DNA of 64,000 nt. Source: a virus. The translations under genes were made by a program, and so were the position numbers. A model generated the notes under the pieces. That model saw only the letters and a program-made list of their open reading frames with translations, searched no databases and had not been told where the DNA came from. Positions 61,141 through 64,000 of the stretch are shown one piece after another (positions within the stretch are counted from its first letter, which is position 1; the number at the start of each line of letters is the position of its first letter). The DNA lies in IMG/VR virus record IMGVR_UViG_3300048854_000126, positions 41,120 through 105,119 of that record. One strand, 5' to 3'.

Positions 61141-64000
61141 ATGGCACAACTCAAGCAAGTCTGCACCGTCACCAACGGCGGGCAGACCGTCACGGTAATC
61201 GGCGTCAACGTCGCTTACCGAATCCGTGCGAACAACATCTTCATGGTGGTCAACGAGTTGGTGCCATACACCGTCGCGGCTGACGCGGTGTTTGACGGCG
61301 TGAATACGGTGGTCCAGCTCACGGGCGCGTATCAGGGCGATTCGAACGCGATGGCGCCGAGCACGTTTGTGACGGACTTCACCGCACCTGACAACCTGCC
61401 GCTGATCTCTCAAGGCGACGTCGGCACAGCGGCGGTCTGGACGGCCGCGATGTATCGGCTGCAGGAGATGATCGGCTCGGTGACGCCGGCGGGCCTCACA
61501 GCCTTTATCGCGGAGATCAACGCTACTCAGGCCGCCGCGCACGCTTCCGAAGCCGCGGCAAAGACCAGCGAGACGAATTCGAAGGCGAGCGAGGTGCATG
61601 CCGCGCAGAGCGAATCGGCAGCCTACGACAGTTCCGCCGCCGCGTTCGCCTCGCAGAGCGCCGCCAAGACGAGCGAGATCAACTCCAAGACGAGCGAAAC
61701 GAACGCATCGAACTCGGCGGGGCAGGCGCGCACGTCAGCCACCCAAAGCGGCAGCTCGGCTGATGCCTCGGCCGCCTCGGCCCTGGCCGCTTCCCAGAGC
61801 CAGGCAGACGCCAGCGGGTCGGCGGCCAGTGCGCTCGCGTCCAAGAATGCGGCGAAGACCAGCGAAACGAACAGCGCGGCGTCCGCCGCTGCTGCGAAGA
61901 CGAGCGAAACCAATGCGGGCGCCTCCGAAAAGAACGCGGGCGACAGCCAGGTAGCGGCCGCCGGGTCCGCCGCGGCAGCCCTCGCGTCGCAAGACGCTGC
62001 AAAGACCAGCGAAACGAAATCCAAGACCTCTGAGACGAATGCCGCGGCTTCGGCATCGAGCGCCGCGGCTGACCGTGCGACCGTTCAGGGCATCGTCAAG
62101 TCGCTCAATGAGTTGTATCTCGGTGAGTTGGCGGCAGACCCGACTACGGATAACAACGGCGCGCCGCTCAAGATCGGCGCTGAATACTTCAACAAGACGC
62201 GCAACATCATGCGCGTCTACACCAGCACCGGCTGGGAAGACATCGATGCTGATGCGCAGACGCAGGCGGCGAATGCCACCGCGAGCGCGTCGGCTGCCGC
62301 AGGCTCGGCCGCAGGTGCAGCGGCGTCAGCCGGCGCCGCACACACAAGCGAGCAGAACGCCAAGACCAGCGAAACGAACTCCAAAACGTCTGAGACCAAC
62401 GCTGCAGCCAGCAAGGATGCCGCTGCGGGTTCGGCCGCGAACGCGAAAGCCAGCGAGACAAACTCCAAGACGAGCGAGACAAACGCCGCTGCAAGCCGTG
62501 ACGCCGCGGCCGCGAGTGCCGCGCACGCCGACGACGTAGCAATCAAGATCGGCAATCCCGTCGCCAAGGGTGGCGACACGATGACGGGCGACCTGTATCT
62601 GGAGGCTGCCAAGGCGACTTCAACCCGCTACGGCACTGGGGGCGCTTTGGTTTTGCGAGCGGCGTCCGGCACGCAAGACGCTCCGGCAGCGCTCACCGTG
62701 GGGTCGCAAGCGGGCACGCTCACCTACCGTGGTTACGACGGCGCGAACTTCCAGGACATGGCTTCTATCGACGCCTGGGCAGACGCCGCCGTATCGAGCA
62801 CAAGCTCCGCGGGCTACCTGATCTTCGCCACCACGCCGAGCGGTTCGACCGCGAAAGCAGAACGCATGCGCCTGACGAGCGCCGGCAGCTTGCTGCTGGG
62901 CTCGACGGTTGACAACGGCACGAGCAAGCTTCAGGTCGCCGGCGACGTGCGTGTCATCGGTGGCGTGCAAAGCGCCGCGACAGATGCGGGCGGGCAGTTC
63001 CGTGCAGTCGCAGGCAGCTACGGCGCTTTGCTGCGCAACGATGGCACTAACGTCTTCCTGATGCAAACGGCCAGCGGCGACCAATACGGGACGTTCAATA
63101 GTTCGCGCCCGTTCTCCTGGGCACTGGCTTCCGGCGCGGTGAGCATTGACGCGACAGGTGCGGGCACAACCTTCGGCGGCTCAGTCGTGCATAACGGCGC
63201 AACGGTGCTGCGTGGCGCGGCGGCGACCCAGCGCGTGTTGCAGTTCCAATCGGGTCAGTCTGCCCGCTGGCAATTGATCACTGACGCATCGGCCGAAACT
63301 GGCACGAACGCCGGTTCCGACTTCTACATTCAGTCGATGAGCGATAGCGGAGCCTGGCTTGCAAACGCTCTTCGGATCACGCGCAGCACCGGGCGAGTGT
63401 GGCTCGGAAACGGGCTGGACGTGCAGGGAACGCTCAGCACCAGTGGTGCGGCGACCATCGCTGGCAGTCTCACGGCGCAGTCGGGGTTCACCAACTCGAA
63501 CGGCACCATCTATAACTACGGATGGGGCGGCTCGGCAAACAAGGCCGTCTACGTCTTTTCGCAAGACGGCTCGAAATACCTGCTGTATGACGGTTCCTTC
63601 ACGCTGGCTGGCGGCGCATTGAACGTCAACGGCCCGGTGAGTGCCGGCGGCGCCGTCACAAGCTCGACCGGTCAGATGGTCGTGACGGGCTGGAATGGCA
63701 GCGACGCCAAGGGCGTCGTCTATTTCGGCGCTGCCGCCTACAACAAATACCTCTATTACGACGGCGCGAACTTCAACTTCAGCGGCGGCCAGTTGTATAT
63801 CGGTGGCGGCCAAGCTTGGCACACCGGCAACCTGCCGGCCCCCGCGCAGACTACGGGCACAACCTTTTCGGGTCAGGTGGACCATAACGCCAATTCTCGA
63901 CAACTCGTCGGCAGTCAGCTTTGGTTTTACCGCAGCGATAACGCTATCGCGGCATCGATCGGATACGGCGGAGGCTCGACGTTCGTCGGTTTCCTAAACA
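61141..64000 (+). CDS. Side tail fibre (Stf-like), runs off the window and is missing from the ORF track
   Basis: Frame appears open from ATG 61141 to the window end; KTSETN Ala/Ser repeats; KGGDTMTGDL and ERMRL fibre motifs. Confidence 0.88.
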   Translation, partial: MAQLKQVCTVTNGGQTVTVIGVNVAYRIRANNIFMVVNELVPYTVAADAVFDGVNTVVQLTGAYQGDSNAMAPSTFVTDFTAPDNLPLISQGDVGTAAVWTAAMYRLQEMIGSVTPAGLTAFIAEINATQAAAHASEAAAKTSETNSKASEVHAAQSESAAYDSSAAAFASQSAAKTSEINSKTSETNASNSAGQARTSATQSGSSADASAASALAASQSQADASGSAASALASKNAAKTSETNSAASAAAAKTSETNAGASEKNAGDSQVAAAGSAAAALASQDAAKTSETKSKTSETNAAASASSAAADRATVQGIVKSLNELYLGELAADPTTDNNGAPLKIGAEYFNKTRNIMRVYTSTGWEDIDADAQTQAANATASASAAAGSAAGAAASAGAAHTSEQNAKTSETNSKTSETNAAASKDAAAGSAANAKASETNSKTSETNAAASRDAAAASAAHADDVAIKIGNPVAKGGDTMTGDLYLEAAKATSTRYGTGGALVLRAASGTQDAPAALTVGSQAGTLTYRGYDGANFQDMASIDAWADAAVSSTSSAGYLIFATTPSGSTAKAERMRLTSAGSLLLGSTVDNGTSKLQVAGDVRVIGGVQSAATDAGGQFRAVAGSYGALLRNDGTNVFLMQTASGDQYGTFNSSRPFSWALASGAVSIDATGAGTTFGGSVVHNGATVLRGAAATQRVLQFQSGQSARWQLITDASAETGTNAGSDFYIQSMSDSGAWLANALRITRSTGRVWLGNGLDVQGTLSTSGAATIAGSLTAQSGFTNSNGTIYNYGWGGSANKAVYVFSQDGSKYLLYDGSFTLAGGALNVNGPVSAGGAVTSSTGQMVVTGWNGSDAKGVVYFGAAAYNKYLYYDGANFNFSGGQLYIGGGQAWHTGNLPAPAQTTGTTFSGQVDHNANSRQLVGSQLWFYRSDNAIAASIGYGGGSTFVGFLN

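Overview
This window is 64 kb of a large, GC-rich tailed phage genome with siphovirus-type morphogenesis genes. It is probably temperate or a phage-plasmid: the helicase / ParB-ParB-ABC ATPase-GNAT / terminase gene order resembles SSU5/pHCM2-like elements, and a Burkholderiaceae host is inferred. No integrase, repressor, Rep or lysis gene is visible. Layout: 1-13 kb nucleotide and DNA metabolism (nrdA end, nrdB, ThyX-like, MazG-like, kinase, Nmad5-like, DEDDh exonuclease, RNase H) with opposite-strand morons; 14-27 kb an array of small early genes; 27.2-28.6 kb a compositionally distinct immediate-early island; 28.6-34.3 kb a leftward block (lipoprotein, RHH protein, CheB-like, SRAP, YoeB/YefM-like TA, SF2 helicase); 34.3-39 kb a ParB/Tad2-like/ABC/thioredoxin/GNAT module; 39.4-64 kb terminase, portal, scaffold, capsid, tail, tape measure, tail tip and a side fibre that runs off the window. 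The most striking signals are non-coding: (1) about 17 copies of an 18-bp palindromic operator ATAGTMA-N4-TKACTAT; (2) a family of intergenic elements ATCC-N24-GARAAT-N4-ACATCG whose spacer keeps a hairpin while its sequence changes; (3) a ~210-nt multibranch RNA candidate upstream of thyX; (4) polar CCTATAAG repeats and a nine-tract G-quadruplex around the immediate-early island; (5) a 24-bp inverted repeat around an AT-rich core before terS; (6) a LexA box on one small gene; (7) apparent absence of GTAC. All calls come from motifs read by eye; no database searches or folding programs were run.
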